Shown here piece after piece: positions 1 through 17,315 of a DNA stretch of 64,000 bases. Source of the DNA: the human T2T-CHM13v2.0 reference genome, Homo sapiens; assembly GCF_009914755.1 (NCBI RefSeq), contig NC_060936.1; one strand, 5' to 3'. The number at the start of each line of letters is the position of its first letter. The stretch's first letter is position 1. The notes beneath the pieces were generated by a model. That model had not been told where the DNA came from and did not search any database. It worked only from the letters and a program-made list of their open reading frames with translations. Made by a program: the position numbers and the translations under genes.

Positions 1-194
<194 letters not shown>

Positions 195-1717
195 CTAAAT
201 CAGAATGCATGTATTGTACCTAGCACACAGTAAGCATTTAACATATACTATTTTTGCCACTGTATACTCCCAAATTATGAACATCTGATTTATGTTCTGT
301 ATATAAAATTGCAAGCTACATATCACTAACCCTCTTTCCCCATTAACAGCCAAAATGAGAAATTAAGTAACTTTCATGGAGCAACACGGCAGCCAAATTG
401 GTAAAATTATTTCTATGAAAATATTATCAAATTCAGATAACTAATCTGCAAACACATTTTCCCACTAGGCAATTCTTAGGTGAAGAATGTCATGAACTGA
501 ATAGTTCTGTGAACAGCCGTTATTTTGTACATGCGTAGAAAAATTGTTAAGTAAAAATTAATCTCTGGGGCCAACAGGTCATTCTTCACCTAGCCTTACA
601 AGAACTTTGTGTTCTGACCCCACTACTTTTCAGCTCCATCTCCAGAGATACACAGTGAGTGCTTCATTGCCTCAAAGAAATTATTTGTAGCTTCTATTCC
701 CTTAAGGTGTTTTGCTCAGGCCTCTTAACTTTGCACAAGCATATCCCTCTACCAGGAACAATTAACCCCTTCCCCTTCATCCCATTCTCTGACCTCTTGG
801 CAAATTCTTATACTTCCTTTATAAATTTAGTCAAATGCCCCTTCTTCCTAAGAAGCAACATCAGAGATCTCAAGACTCTGTGGAAACCAGGAAAAGGGGG
901 GAACTAATTTACTTCTCCACAGAAGTAAAGTAAGTTCAGATGGGCTGAATACCAGTCAAGCAGTAAGCTTTCAAGCAAGTGAGGTCATGAGAAGAGCCCA
1001 TCAGAAATAAATGAAACAACACAATGCTACAGCCACTCCAAAGGCAGAAAGGTACATATACTTGGATCTACTGTAATGCACAAATATATTCTTGTCCATC
1101 CCAATCCTAATCCACCTAAGACTTTCTCCACATCAGCACCAGTTCATCTCAGCACTGCTGAACAGTCACACAACAGAACAGTTTGATCAGCGAACCTAAA
1201 TGGGCCTCAACACTGGCCAATAATCTTACTATATTTCTCTGCTGCACTTGGTCTCCTACTCTCCCCAATGTCTACTTCAAACTATCTCCACCATCCACAA
1301 TTATATGATGACCCTTTCCCTAACCCATACAGTGTGCCTGTGTGTATACATATGTACACAAAAATGAGTTAAACATAGAGCTTTCAGGTAGAAATTTCCT
1401 GAACTAACCTACACCAGTTATCTTCACTGCTCCTTGCCTATAATTATAGGAGTTTGACCAGTCCTTCATTATCCTAAACACATTTTCCTTGGCTTCTCTA
1501 TAACAATATCTTGGTTTTCTTCCAACCTCTCTGGCCACTCCTCTGCAGATTTATTCCACCCCTTTACCCCACCCTCAGCCACACATACACACACACCAGT
1601 GTGGCCTAAGTCCTGGCACAAGCATTTTTCTTCAATGTTTCCTCCTTAGGCAAGCTCATTCTGGGTGGACAACATCTACACACAGTGACTCCCAAATTTC
1701 CATCTCTGATCCTAACC

Positions 1718-2030
1718 TTTTTTTTTTTTTTTTTTTTTGAGACAGAGTTTTGCTCTTGTTGCCTAGGCTGGAGTACAATGGCGCGATCTCAGCTCACTGC
1801 AACCTCCGCATCCTGGGCTCAGCTCACTGCAACCTCCGCATCCTGGGTTCAAGTGATTCTCCTGCCTCAGCCTCCTGAGTAGCTGGGATTACAGGCACCC
1901 ACCACCACGCCTGGGTAATTTTTTGTATTTTTAGTAGAGATGGGGTTTCACGATGTTGGCCCGGCTGGTCTCAAACTCCTGACCTCAGGTGATCCACCTG
2001 CCTTGGCCTCCCAAACTGCTGGTATTACAG
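1718..2030 (-). mobile_element. AluS with internal 30-bp duplication
   Basis: Poly-T then Alu; TSD-like TGATCCT(A/G)ACC. Confidence 0.95.
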
Positions 2031-2299
2031 TGATCCTGACCTCTTTATTAAGCTGCAGACTCACCTATCCAACTGCCTACTTGGGCATGTCTGACACCTA
2101 ATTGTTAAAGTCAGGCCTCATTCCCCAGGGGAAAAATTGAAAGTCAAACTATTCACCAAGAGAATGCATTGTCTTTGCAAATGAGCCTAAGAATCAGACT
2201 TTTTATAAATACATGTTCAAGTTTCTTGTGGTTCTAAATGGACACTGAGAACTGAAACTGTCTACACCAAGTTTACAATCTATATTAACTATCATTATA

Positions 2300-2720
2300 C
2301 AGCTGTCTTCAACAACATGACTTTGCTATTCCAGGAAACTCCTGCTCAGGCAGATAAGAGCTACAAAAAACTTCATTGTTCATTTCAGGAACTTCCCAAA
2401 AAACCCATATAAACCAACATCAGACTATTCAATTTTTCAATAAATAGTAGCAAATGATTGTTCACTTTCTAAGACACTGAAAAAGCTTACCTCAAAACTC
2501 TTACCTTGGTATGTCTGTCCAATCAAACTATTATATCATGATCCTCACCTAATTCTAATAAAGCTTTGAAATACTTAAACCAGACTCCAAAACATCAATA
2601 ATAAACACTCCAACTTTGATGTTCCTTTCTGGTTTGCCATTCTTATCAACACCCACATGGCCCCCTACAAATGCTTATAAGCAATATACTCAACAGATAA
2701 TTTTTGGTGGTATTTTCCAG
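2300..2720 (+). mobile_element. Old LTR remnant (MER31-like)
   Basis: CTTAAACCAGACTCCAAAA...AATAAA...CAACAGATAATTTTTGGTGGT resembles remembered ERV1 LTR 3' ends. Confidence 0.35.
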
Positions 2721-3369
2721 CAGCCAAAATTCCGCAGTACCACCAGACAGCTTCCCAAATGTCTGTTACAAGCTCAGTTCAGTGACACTAGTCTCATCAC
2801 AAGCAATGTGGGGAAAATATTAATACTGTTATAAAAGGTTAAGATAAATCATCACCCTATATTAGGCAGTATCCACTGACACTACTGGCCAGTTTCTTAA
2901 TGAGTTAAAACAGCAAACTGGCCTACTAATTAAACTTCTGAAGATTATAAAATAGAGTTTAGTAATCAGAGGACCATAAAACCAGTAGGAGTTCTAAGGA
3001 AGATGAGAAACAGATCACAGACAGGTTTAATAATCTAAAAAGGAATCCTATAAGAAACAGGATAAGGAAAAAACCAATTGATACATGAATAATCCACAAT
3101 ACTGATAATCAGTAGAAAAAATACTACAAAATATACAATTTAACAGTGAAAAGAAACTCTAAAGGAGTTTCCATTTACTATAATAATCATGATCAGTAAT
3201 CAGAAAGTTGAGACTTCTTACTGAGAGTAAATGCCTAAGTATTTCTTTTACTATAAGTCATCTGAATCACCTATATGGCCACAACCATGCTGATGCAGGT
3301 ATAACCAGAAAGCAAGGGGTAAGCATTTAAAATGCCTCAAAGATTGAGAGGAACTGAAGGATCCAAATT

Positions 3370-4198
<829 letters not shown>

Positions 4199-4209
4199 CA
4201 GAAGCAGTT

Positions 4210-4830
4210 TTTTAAAAGTGAACTTTTAGTATCGTTTTAGATTTACAGAAAAATAGTAAAGAGTTCCCTTAAACCACACACTCAGTTTCCGCTAGTAAGA
4301 TCTTACATTAGTATGGTACTTATTGGCAGGAAGTCACCTCATGTAGCTCACACTTGAAAGGTGGGGAGTTGTATTATACTTCCTTGAGGGCTGTGTATCT
4401 AATTATGCACAGATTTGTCTATTCTTCCCCCATTTATTTATTTAGTCAGTCATTTACTTCTATCAGCATGAACTCATGGATATTATTTTATACTTTGGGT
4501 TATAATTCAATATTACTTTTTTGTTGCTCAAATTATTCCAGTATTGGCTACTGGGAACTCTTTCAGTTGGCTGTGTCCCTTTGACATAACTCATTCGTGT
4601 TTTTGTTTGAATAGTTCCTTCCTTTCCAGCACTACAAGATACTCCAGGTTGATCTTACAGTTTTATTAGCTGCCCCAGTCCTAGAATCAGCCATTTCTCC
4701 ACAAAGGCCTGGTTCCTTTTACTGGAGAATGGTGTTAGAAACCAAGATCTGGGCACCAGGTGTGCTCACTGCTACAGGGATATTGTTGCTTCTAGGTTCT
4801 CTCAGCTGACAGTGGAAGAAAATACTTGAC
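4210..4830 (-). mobile_element. L1MC-type 3' end, antisense
   Basis: GTTTTAGATTTACAGAAAA...TTAGAAACCAAGATCTGGGCAC motifs typical of L1MC 3'UTR. Confidence 0.7.
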
Positions 4831-5636
4831 CTAAAGATCTACAATTGCTTGTTCAAATAGAAAATGTTACATGTATATTGTTATTCATTTGGCATTGTAA
4901 CAGCAAAAAATAGAAAACAACCCAAATAGCCACAAAGGATTGAGTGACTAAACTACGGTACATCTACATAAGAAAATACTATGAAGCTATTAAAAATAAA
5001 GATCTTTATCTAGATATGGAAAGATCTCCAGAATAAAATACACATTTGTTTGTAACTACAAAAGGAAAACACTGGAAGGATAAACAGGATACCAAAAAGT
5101 GTGGAAGGAAAATAAAGTAGCAAGCAAAGGAAGAAATAAGACTTCGTGTACATCTTTCTACATACTTGAGTTTTATCTATCCCAAAAAAATAAGTTTAAT
5201 TTTAAAAAGAACTTAAAATGGTTATAATAGTGGAAGAATCTGAAGGTTCAAATACTAAGAAAGAAAAAGATATTAATTTCTGAAGCATAAATACATACTA
5301 TGAGACAGAGTAGCTCAAACCTAGGGACAATTATGTACCAAAAAAATCTAAATTTAGTAAAATGGAGGTATTTCAAGTCAAACTCAGTTGAATTTAAAGT
5401 GCTGAAATGCAGTACAGCTGCTAAAATTAACATATTATCAGAACCTGTATGTAAGTTTACTGAATTACTGTTAAATGGAAAGTGATTTATGATCACCTAT
5501 ATTAGCAGGGAGATAAAGGCTAAAGAAATGCAGAACAATTTATAGAAACAATTAATGTTTATATTCTTGATTATAAGATATGCTGATATTTATAGTTAAA
5601 CAAAAGCATCTATCATTTCTATATTTTTTAAATCTA

Positions 5637-5934
5637 ATTTTTTTTTTTGAGACAGGGTCTCAAGTCTGTCCCCCAGGCTGGAGTGCAGTGCCATCATAGC
5701 TCACTGCAACCTCAAATTCCTGGGATTAAGCAATCCTTCCACAGGTTGAGCTTCTTGAGTAACTAGGACTGCAGGCACACATTACTATGCCTGGCTAATT
5801 TCTTAAACATTTTTTGTAGAGACGGGGATCTCACTATGTTGCCCAGGCTGGTCTCAAACTCCTGGGCTCAAGCAATCCTTTCACCTTGGCTTCCCAAATT
5901 TGCAGGAATTACAGCCATCAGCCACCGTGTCCAG
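5637..5934 (-). mobile_element. AluJ
   Basis: Alu consensus with J diagnostics. Confidence 0.9.
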
Positions 5935-6043
5935 AAGTAAATCTACTATTTATATCTCTTATTTCCCCAAACAAAATGGTGAAACCAATTTCTAACATAT
6001 CGAAACATTTCCTCATCGGAAGATAAAAATGGCAGAGTTTCTA

Positions 6044-6424
<381 letters not shown>

Positions 6425-6486
6425 TCATGTCTCTGAGGTGAACCAAAAAATTACCCAAAAAAGGCACAAGTAGCTCTTTTTAGCTG

Positions 6487-6791
6487 TTTTTTTTTTTTTT
6501 TTTGAGACAAAGTCTTCCCTGTTGCCCAGGCTAGAGTGCAATGGTGCGATCTCAGCTCACTGCAACCTCCGCCTCCTGGGTTCATATAATTCTCTGCCTC
6601 AGCCTCCCGAGTAGCTGGGATTACAGGCGCCCAAGCATCCACCACCACGCCCGGCTAATTTTTGTATTTTTAGTAGAGAGACGGGGTTTCGCCATCTTGG
6701 CCAGACTGGTCTTGAACTCCTGACCTCGTGATCCACCCGCCTCAGCCTCCTAAAGTGCTGGGATTACAGGCGTGAGACACTGTGCCCGGCC
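6487..6791 (-). mobile_element. AluS
   Basis: Alu consensus; TSD-like TTTTTAGC. Confidence 0.92.
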
Positions 6792-7362
6792 ATTTTTTAG
6801 CATTTTCAATATTGTAAAGCAACCCTTTGAGAGTACTTCTGAAGCACCAACATCACAAAAGGTTGTCCATTTAACTTGCAGAAGTTCATCTGTAATTGTA
6901 CACAACTTTCCCAATGGCTTCACTATAGAAAACAATGATATTCTGCCTAAAAAGTGTTCAACAGCCTCCTTACTGGAATATCTCCCTCTTTGACCTCATT
7001 TCCTGCCACTACCTCTATGAGCAACCTTTATCTCTATTTCTATCACATGGAAATACTCATTAGGCTGGTAGAGAATAACATTTTTAAAGGAATATAAATT
7101 TTTTTCATATCCCTTTTTTACATGTTCTTTTATCCTACCTAGGAAGTGGTTCTCTTCTCTCATCTCTCTATTTGTAAAGCTAATTACCTTTAGTGTCAGT
7201 TCATCTGAGACATCTACTTAATACCCTCAGCTAAATGTCACTCTTTCCTCGTCATGTTAATCCTAAATTCATCTTTAACCATAAGTTCATCTTTGGTAAT
7301 AACACAAATAAACTAATACACTCTATCATAAACCACATAACCTTTTATCAAGATGCTCTCTA

Positions 7363-7582
7363 AGCCTTCTGAGGACATTCCAAGACAGTATACAGTCCTA
7401 TGGTCTCCTTGGAAATCCATATAGATAACATTTCAAGGGCGATACCTTGTTGGTTTTGACTGGATATTCATATAAACTTTTCAAAGAGATGAGTGATACA
7501 ACTAACCCTTATCTGTAAGTTTTGAGTTTACATTGTTTCATCCCATGTACAAAACCATTTTTTCCTACAAAAAAAAAAAAAA
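7363..7582 (+). pseudogene. 5'-truncated nucleolin (NCL) processed retrocopy, 3'UTR only
   Basis: AGCCTTCTGAGGACATTCCAAGACAGTATACAGTCC...CATCCCATGTACAAAAACCATTTTTTCCTAC matches the NCL 3'UTR as I recall it. A-tail 7569-7582; perfect TSD AAGATGCTCT at 7350-7359 and 7581-7590. Confidence 0.85.
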
Positions 7583-10500
7583 GATGCTCTTTACAGTGTA
7601 CAACCTAGACAACGGGTAACAGGAAGTCTATTTCAATTACGGAGGCAACTCTTATAGATATACTGACATACCTACAGTTCAAATTTTATAGCAGGGAGAC
7701 CAGTTTTGAAGAAAAAAATAGAGACTTCTAGTGAGCTGAAAGGATCATCCGCAATTTTCCTCCCATAAACTCTACTACTGTCCATAGATCTACATTTTTT
7801 TGCCTGCCATTTACTAAAGTAGAATTAAAAATACATATATAAGAATATCAAAATTATTAGAAAAAAATTAAGTGTTTTGCCACACTAGATATTAAAATAT
7901 ATTACAAAGCATTGAAAAATAAGCTGGAATGAATATAAAAAGAGATGGATCACCAAAACAACTTATCTAGTTTTTTTTATTATATAACAACTTGATAAAA
8001 ACCAAATATCAGAAAAAATTAAAAAAAGAAGATGCCAGGATTCAGGGAGCAGTCAAAGTCTCCTCCTTAGCAATCCGTGGGGATAATGGGGGTGGGAGGA
8101 GGACCAACATCCCAGAAATCAAAGAAATTCAAATATAATTATATTTTTCTAAAACCAATGATCAAAAGCAAACATTTTAGATAATTATATCACTAAAAAC
8201 AGATGTGGCACATTATTCGTGGTACTGGTACAACAGAGATATCAGAAAAGGGTTCACAGACTTTGGTTTGGGAATTCCACTTCTAGACATCTATCTACCC
8301 TAAGGAAATGCAAAATGGTGTGGGCGGGTGGGAAAGGGATATCGCATGTTCAAGTTTGTCACAGCACCGATTTAAAATAGTGAAAACATAAATACAAAAG
8401 ATATTCAGCCTACTATCAACACCTCTATGCACACAAATTAGAAAATCTAGAAGAAAAGGATAAATTCCTGGAAACACACAACCTCCCAAGATTAAACCAG
8501 GAAGGAAGTGAAAACCTGAACAGACAAATAACAAGTTCCAAAACTGAATCAGTAATTAAAAAAAAAAAAAAAAATCCTACCAACCAAAAAAAGTCCAGGA
8601 CCAGATGGATTCACAGCCGAATTCTACCAAACGTATAAAGAAAAATTGGTACCAATCCTACTGAAACTATTCCAAAATATCAAGGAGGGTTTCCTCCCTA
8701 ACTCATTCTAGGGAGCCAGCATCAGCCTGATACCAAAATCTGGCAGAGATACAATGAAAAAAGAAAACTTCAGAACAATATCCCCGATGAACATAGACAC
8801 AAAAATCCTCAACAAAATACTAGCAAATGGAATCCAGCAGCACATCAAAATGTTAATTCACCATAATTAAGTAAGCTTTGTTCCTGGGGTGCAAGGTTGC
8901 TTCAACACATGAAAACAATAAATGTGATTCACCACTAAAACAGAATTAAAAACAAAAAACATATCATCTTCTCAACAGACAGAGAAAAAGCTTTCGATAA
9001 AACCCAGCATCCCTTCATGAATGGGCAAAAGTTGCAACAATTCCCTTGAGAACTGGAACAAGACAAAGATGCCCACTCTCACCACTCCTATTCAACATAG
9101 TACTTGAAAGTCCTAGCCAGAGCAATCAGGCAAGAAAAAAAAATCAAAGGCATCTGAATAGAGAAAGAAGACATCAAATTATCTCTCTGCAGATACAATT
9201 ATGTATCTAGAAAACTCTAAAGACTCTGCCAAAAGGCTCCTAGAACTGTAAACGACTTCAGTAAAGGTTCAGGATACAAAATCAATGAATAAAAATCAGT
9301 AGCATTTCTATATTACAACATTCTAGCTGAGAGCAAAATTAAAAACACAATCTTATTTACAATAGCCCCCCAAAAAATGAAGTGCCTAGTATTACATCTA
9401 ACCAAGAAGGTGAAAGATCTCTAGAATAACAACTACAAAACACTGCTGAAAGAAATCAGTGATGACACAAACAAATGTAAAAACATTCCATGGTCATTAA
9501 TTAGAAGAATCAATATCATTAAAATATCCATAGTGCCAAAAGCAATATACGGATTCAATGCTATTCCTATCAAACTATCAATGTAATTCTTCACAAAATT
9601 AGAAGAAAAAAAAAAAAAACTCTTCTAAGATTCATACAGAACCAAAAAGCCCAAATAGCCAAAGCAACCCTAAGCAGAAAGAACAAAGCCAGAGGAATCA
9701 TACTACCCGACTTAAAACTAAACTGTAGGGCTAAAGTAAGCAACACAGCATGGTACTGATACAAAAACAGACACACAGACCAATGGAACAGAATGGAGAA
9801 TCTAGAAATAAAGTTGCACAACCACAACCGTCTGATCGTCTGATCAACAAAGTTGCCAAAAATAAACAACGGGAGAAGGACTCTCTATTCAATAAATCAT
9901 GTTGGGATAACTGGATAGGCATACACAGAAGAATGAAAGTGGGCCCCTACTTTTTGTCCTATACAAAAATTAACTCAAGATGAATTAAAGACATTAGACT
10001 ATAAAATCCTAGAAGAAAACCCAGGAAACACTCTTCCAGACATCAGCATTGGCAAAGAATTTATGGCTAAGTCCCCAAAAACAATTGCAAAGAAAACAAA
10101 AATTGACAAGCAGGACGTAATGAAACTAAAGAGCTTCTGCATGGCAAAAGAAATTATCAAGAGTATACAGACAGCCTTCAGAATGGGAGAAAAGATTTGC
10201 AAACTATGCATCCAACAAAGGACTAATATTCAGAATCCATACGGAACTTAAATCCACAAGAAAAAAAAAATCCCATTAAGAAGTAGACAAAGGACATGAA
10301 CAGACATTTCTCAAAAGAAGACATATAAGCAGCCAACAAACACATGAAAAAAATGTTCAACATTACTAATCATGAGATAAAAGCAATGAAAACCACAACA
10401 AAATACCATCTCACACCAGTCAGAATGGCTATTATTAAAAAGTCAAAAAATAACAGATGTTGGCAAGACTGCAGAGAAAAGGGAAAGCTTACACATTGCT

Positions 10501-10935
10501 GGTAGGAATATAAGTTAAGTTAGGTTAGCCACTGTGGAAAGCAGTTGGAGATTTCTCAAAGAGCTAAAAACTGAACTACCATTCAATTCAATAATCCCAT
10601 TACTGGGTATATACCCAAAGGAAAACAAATCATTTTATCAAAAAGACTCATGTATTCATAGGTTTATGGCGGCACTATTCACAATAGCAAAGACATGGAA
10701 TCAACCTAGGTGCCCACTGATGGTGAACTGGATAAAGAAAACATGGTATATACACACCATGGAGTACTGTATAGCCATAAAAAAAGAATGAGACCTTGTT
10801 CTTTGCAGCAACATGGATGCAGCTGGAGACCATTATCCTCAGTGAATTACTGCAAGAACAGAAAACCAAATACTGTACGTTCTCACTTATATTTGGGAGC
10901 TAAACATTGAGCACACATGGACGTAAGATAGGAAC

Positions 10936-11233
10936 AGCTGAGCAGGGTGGCTAATGCCTGTAATGCCAGCACTTGGGAGGCTGAGGCAAGAGGACTGCTT
11001 GAGCCCAGGAGTTCAAGACCAGCCTGGGCAACATAGACCTTGTATCTACAAAAAATCAAAGTTAGCCAGGTGTGGTGGTACATGCCCATGGTCCCAGCTA
11101 CGTGGAAGGCTGAGGTGGGAAGATCACTTGAGCCCAGAAGGTCAAGGCTGCAGTGAGCCATGATCATGCCACTGCCTTCCAGTCAGGGTGAAAGCAAGAC
11201 CCTTTCTCAAGGGAAAAAAAAAAAAAAAAAAAA
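10936..11233 (+). mobile_element. AluJ inside L1
   Basis: Alu consensus plus A-tail. Confidence 0.9.
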
Positions 11234-11528
11234 GCCAGGTGCAGTGGCTCACACCTGTAATGCCATAACTTTGGGAGGCCTAGGCGGGCAGATCATAAGG
11301 TCAGGAGTTGAAGACCAGCCTGGCCAACATGGCAAAACCCCGTCTCTACTAAAAATACAAAAATTAGCCAGGCGTGGTGGTGGGCACCTGTAGTCCCAGC
11401 TACTCAGGAGGCTGAGGCAGGAGAGTTGCTTGAACCCGGGAGGCGGAGAGGTTGCAGTGGGCCAAGATTGCGCCACTGCACTCCAGCCTGGGCGACAGAG
11501 TGAGACTCTGTCTCAAAAAACAAAAAAA
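11233..11528 (+). mobile_element. AluS in the tail of the preceding Alu
   Basis: Alu consensus plus A-tail. Confidence 0.92.
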
Positions 11529-12214
11529 GATGTTAACAACAGACACTGGAGATGACTAGAAGGGGTTGGCAAATGGGGGCATGGGCTGAAAAACTACCTA
11601 TCACATACTATGCTCACTACCAGAGTGACAGGCTCATCCATACCCCAGACCTCAGCATCACGCAATATACCCATGTAACGAACCTGCACTTGTATGCCCT
11701 GAATCAAAAATAAAAGTTGAAATTATTTTTAAAACAAAATAATGAAAAATGAGAAGTAATAATTATCAAACAACATGAAATGGTTAAGCATCTTTTGCAA
11801 ACACTAAAAGTAACAGCCACAATTATTTGGTACCTTAAAAAAAACATAAAAAGGATCTTAAACAAAAATACAAAACATATTGGAGAAAAGCCAAGATAAT
11901 ATTTGAAAATAGTAACCACTGTGTTAGAGAACGTACATTGTACATTTTTTATATGATTATACATTCTCACATTTTAAAAATAATTTTCTAAAACTAATAA
12001 CTGAGACCATACAGATAGGAAACAGTATCACTGATAAGAAACAAGCTAAAAGAGTCAGACAAAAACATCCACTAAAGGAAAAAACATAAAATAATTGAAA
12101 CAAAAGACAATTATACATAAAATTAAGAAAACTGCCAACTCCCGGTAAAACTAAAACGCTCCAAGTAGAACAAAAAAAAAGGGAGGGAAAAATAAGATGG
12201 AACGACAGGAAGGT

Positions 12215-12495
12215 TTCTTGGTTTTTGCTTTGTTTTGAGATAGGGTCTCTAACTCTGTCACGCTGGCTGGGGAGCAGCGGCACAATCACAGCTCACTGCA
12301 GACTTTACCTTCCAGAGGAGTAGCCAGGACTACAGGCATGTGCCACCACAGCTGGCCAATTTTTTAAAACACTTTTTAAAGAGATGGCATTTTGCCATGT
12401 TGCCCAGGCTTGTCTTAAACACCTGGGCTCAGGTGATCTGCCCACCTCAGCCTCCCAAAGTGCTGGGATTACAGACGTGAGCCACTGCACCCAGG
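12215..12495 (-). mobile_element. AluJ (internal deletion)
   Basis: Alu consensus. Confidence 0.88.
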
Positions 12496-12534
12496 TAGAA
12501 AGTTTTAATCACTTTGCCTTCACTTCAAAAAATT

Positions 12535-13478
<944 letters not shown>

Positions 13479-13529
13479 CTACTTTAAATTTAATGTATGA
13501 GTGGTTCCTTCCCTTAACACTGTGCTAAA

Positions 13530-13715
13530 CCCTAGAACAGTGTTTCTAAAACTCCAGGATCTATCAAGAATTGTCTGAAACATTAAAAACCCAAACCCAG
13601 AGATTCTCATTCAGAAACAGAGTTTGAGATTACACAGTTACAAGCATGCCTTTAGATTTTTTCTTATTTTAGTCAACAAGAATGATTCTGAAGTTGAGGT
13701 TAAAGCCATTACTCT
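13530..13715. mobile_element. MER5-type hAT-Charlie DNA transposon remnant
   Basis: CAGTGTTTCTAAAACT...CCCAGAGATTCTCATTCA...TGATTCTGA. Confidence 0.55.
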
Positions 13716-13860
13716 GGAATAATATATAATAGTAAACAATAATATAATACTAAGCATCCAGGCAGATTTTATGACAAAGAATAAAATGCAAAGTCAGTTT
13801 CTTCTTTTGATGGGTAAACTTTATAACCAGTTACTCTATTTTGATTTCAGAAAAACGTGA

Positions 13861-14330
<470 letters not shown>

Positions 14331-14880
14331 CTCTAGAGTCACATACAAGAGTCATAAACAAGGAAAGCAAATACTGTCTAGACTATTAAGATGTCAAGTA
14401 AATGATAAAGCACAGGCCTAAACAAGTGGAACAGAACAGGGAAAATGGTTCAAAGAAATATTTGGTTGGCCCTAAGGAAAGCTTACAGATATGCTTACAA
14501 AAGATTATGACCTATTTATTCCTAATGGTCATTAGATTAGAAACAACAATGCACATCTTAGACTATTTAGTCTACTGGTATGTCTATATGTGCCACCTCC
14601 ACCCCCAAACATACAAGAAGGATGCAACACACACCCATTAATAACTTGAACTCACTGCTACAGTTACGCTCAAATCTGGTGGGAGTAGAGGCATATTAGA
14701 AAATCTGGGAAATATGCAAAGTTCAAAAAGCCAGAGACGATTTTCATTCAATTGTCCTTGTGAATCACTGATTTAGACATTCCTTCAATGTGAAGCAATG
14801 GATTAAACAATTTTATTACCACTACCAATAGTTCTTATTTTATAAAGAGTTATAGCAAAAACAATCAATGTTTTACATGC

Positions 14881-15220
14881 TGTGTTGGGCTGTTCTTACA
14901 TTGCTATAAAGGAATCCCTGAGACTGGGTAATTTATAAAGAAAAGAGGTTTAATTGCCTCATGGTTCTGCAAGCTGTACAAGCATAATGCCAACATCTGC
15001 TTGGCAACTGGGGAGGCCTCGGGAAGCTTTTACTCATGGTGCAAAACCAAGTGGGAACAGGCATGTCACATGGCGAGAGCAGGAACAAGAGAGAACAGAG
15101 AAGAAGCTACAAACTTTAAAACAACCGATCTCACATGAACTCACTCATCACCAAGGGGATGGTGCTAAGCCATTCATGAGGGATCTGCCCCATGATCCAA
15201 ATACCTCCCACCAGGCCTCA
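14881..15220 (-). mobile_element. MSTB-type MaLR LTR, truncated by Alu
   Basis: CTGAGACTGGGTAATTTATAAAGAAAAGAGGTTTAATTG...CATTCATGAGGGATCTGCCCCCATGATCCAA. Confidence 0.88.
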
Positions 15221-15221
15221 C

Positions 15222-15475
15222 TTTTTTTTATTATTATTATTATTATTTTTTGAGACAGGCTCAAGAGAGCCTTCTGCCTCAGCCTCCTGGGTAGCTGGAA
15301 CTACAGGCATGTGCCATCTCATGCTCAACTAATTTTTTTTTTTTTTTAATTTTTTTGTAGGCATGGGGTCTCCCTATGTTGCCCAGGCTGGCCTCAAACT
15401 CCTAGGCTCCAGTGATCCTCCTCAGTCTGCCTCCCTAAATGCTGGGATTACAGGCATGAGCCACCTTGCCCAGCC
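15222..15475 (-). mobile_element. AluJ (partial)
   Basis: Alu consensus with deletion. Confidence 0.88.
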
Positions 15476-16006
15476 AAGAGTTAAAATAACGAGCTTATAG
15501 TAATATGGTTATTATAAGTTATTACTGAAGTAGGCTTTATGAAAAGAAAATTGAAAACATATAACCAATTCTAAACTTTATACAATAGAAACCTAAGTTG
15601 CAGATCTTTTCCAAAAAATTGTACCTGAAATAAATGTTTCAACCATTTTATAGCTTCTTAGGAAGAAAGGGGATGAGAGCAAAATGGAAATGGAAATGAT
15701 ATCTGGAGAAGGGGGGGATCAACAAAAAAATCCATGCTCACCAACTTATGGGCAAAAATTATTGCAACACACAATACCCCACTGTTTCTGAAATGATAAA
15801 TGTTGGTTAATAAACCATGATCTCAAAAGCTCAATACAAAAAGTGTTTTAAGAAGACTGTGTAAGCTGAGGAATTTAAAAAGGCACTGACTCCCACAAAT
15901 TATGAAAATTCATTTTAAATGTCACACTTCAAACAAGACGTTACCAAGCCATAATCTCGAACTAATATTTAAAATAAATTTATTACTTATAACACACCTA
16001 CTATAG

Positions 16007-16327
<321 letters not shown>

Positions 16328-16353
16328 GAAAAGAGGTATAATTTAAAACTCAA

Positions 16354-16611
16354 TTTTTTTTTTTTTTTTGAGATGGAGTCTTGCTCTGTCGCCCAGGCTG
16401 GAGTGCAGTGTGGCGATGTCAGCTTACTGCAACCTCCACCTCCCAGGTTCGAGTGATTCTCCTCCCTTCAGGCACGTGCCAACACGCCCGGCTAATTTTT
16501 TTGTATTTTTTAGTAGAGACGGGTTTCATCATGTTGACCAGGGTGGTCTCGAACTCCTGAGCTCAGGCGATCCACCCACCTAGGCCTCCCAAAGTGCTGG
16601 GATTACAGGCA
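16354..16611 (-). mobile_element. AluS lacking its 5' ~20 nt, with internal deletion
   Basis: Alu consensus. Confidence 0.9.
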
Positions 16612-16626
16612 TTTTAAAAAAGCCTT

Positions 16627-16991
<365 letters not shown>

Positions 16992-17020
16992 TTAATTACT
17001 GTAATTCCATTTAAAAACAA

Positions 17021-17315
<295 letters not shown>

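Larger units (their letters stand above)
8388..11730 (+). mobile_element. 5'-truncated L1PA15-17/L1PB-type LINE-1 (ORF2 RT/C-terminal region plus 3'UTR), inactive, interrupted by two Alus
   Basis: GGACCAGATGGATTCACAGCCGAATTCTACCA and other ORF2 motifs. FADD region near 9185 is disrupted and there is a deletion near 9020. 3' end CTCAGCATCACGCAATATACCCATGTAAC...AATAAAAG. Confidence 0.92.

Noticed and set aside
8388-10910. L1 ORF2-like ORFs (9750-9983, 10063-10251, 10534-10791)
   Set aside because: Fragments of a 5'-truncated L1 with frameshifts, a deletion and a disrupted RT motif; not an active element.
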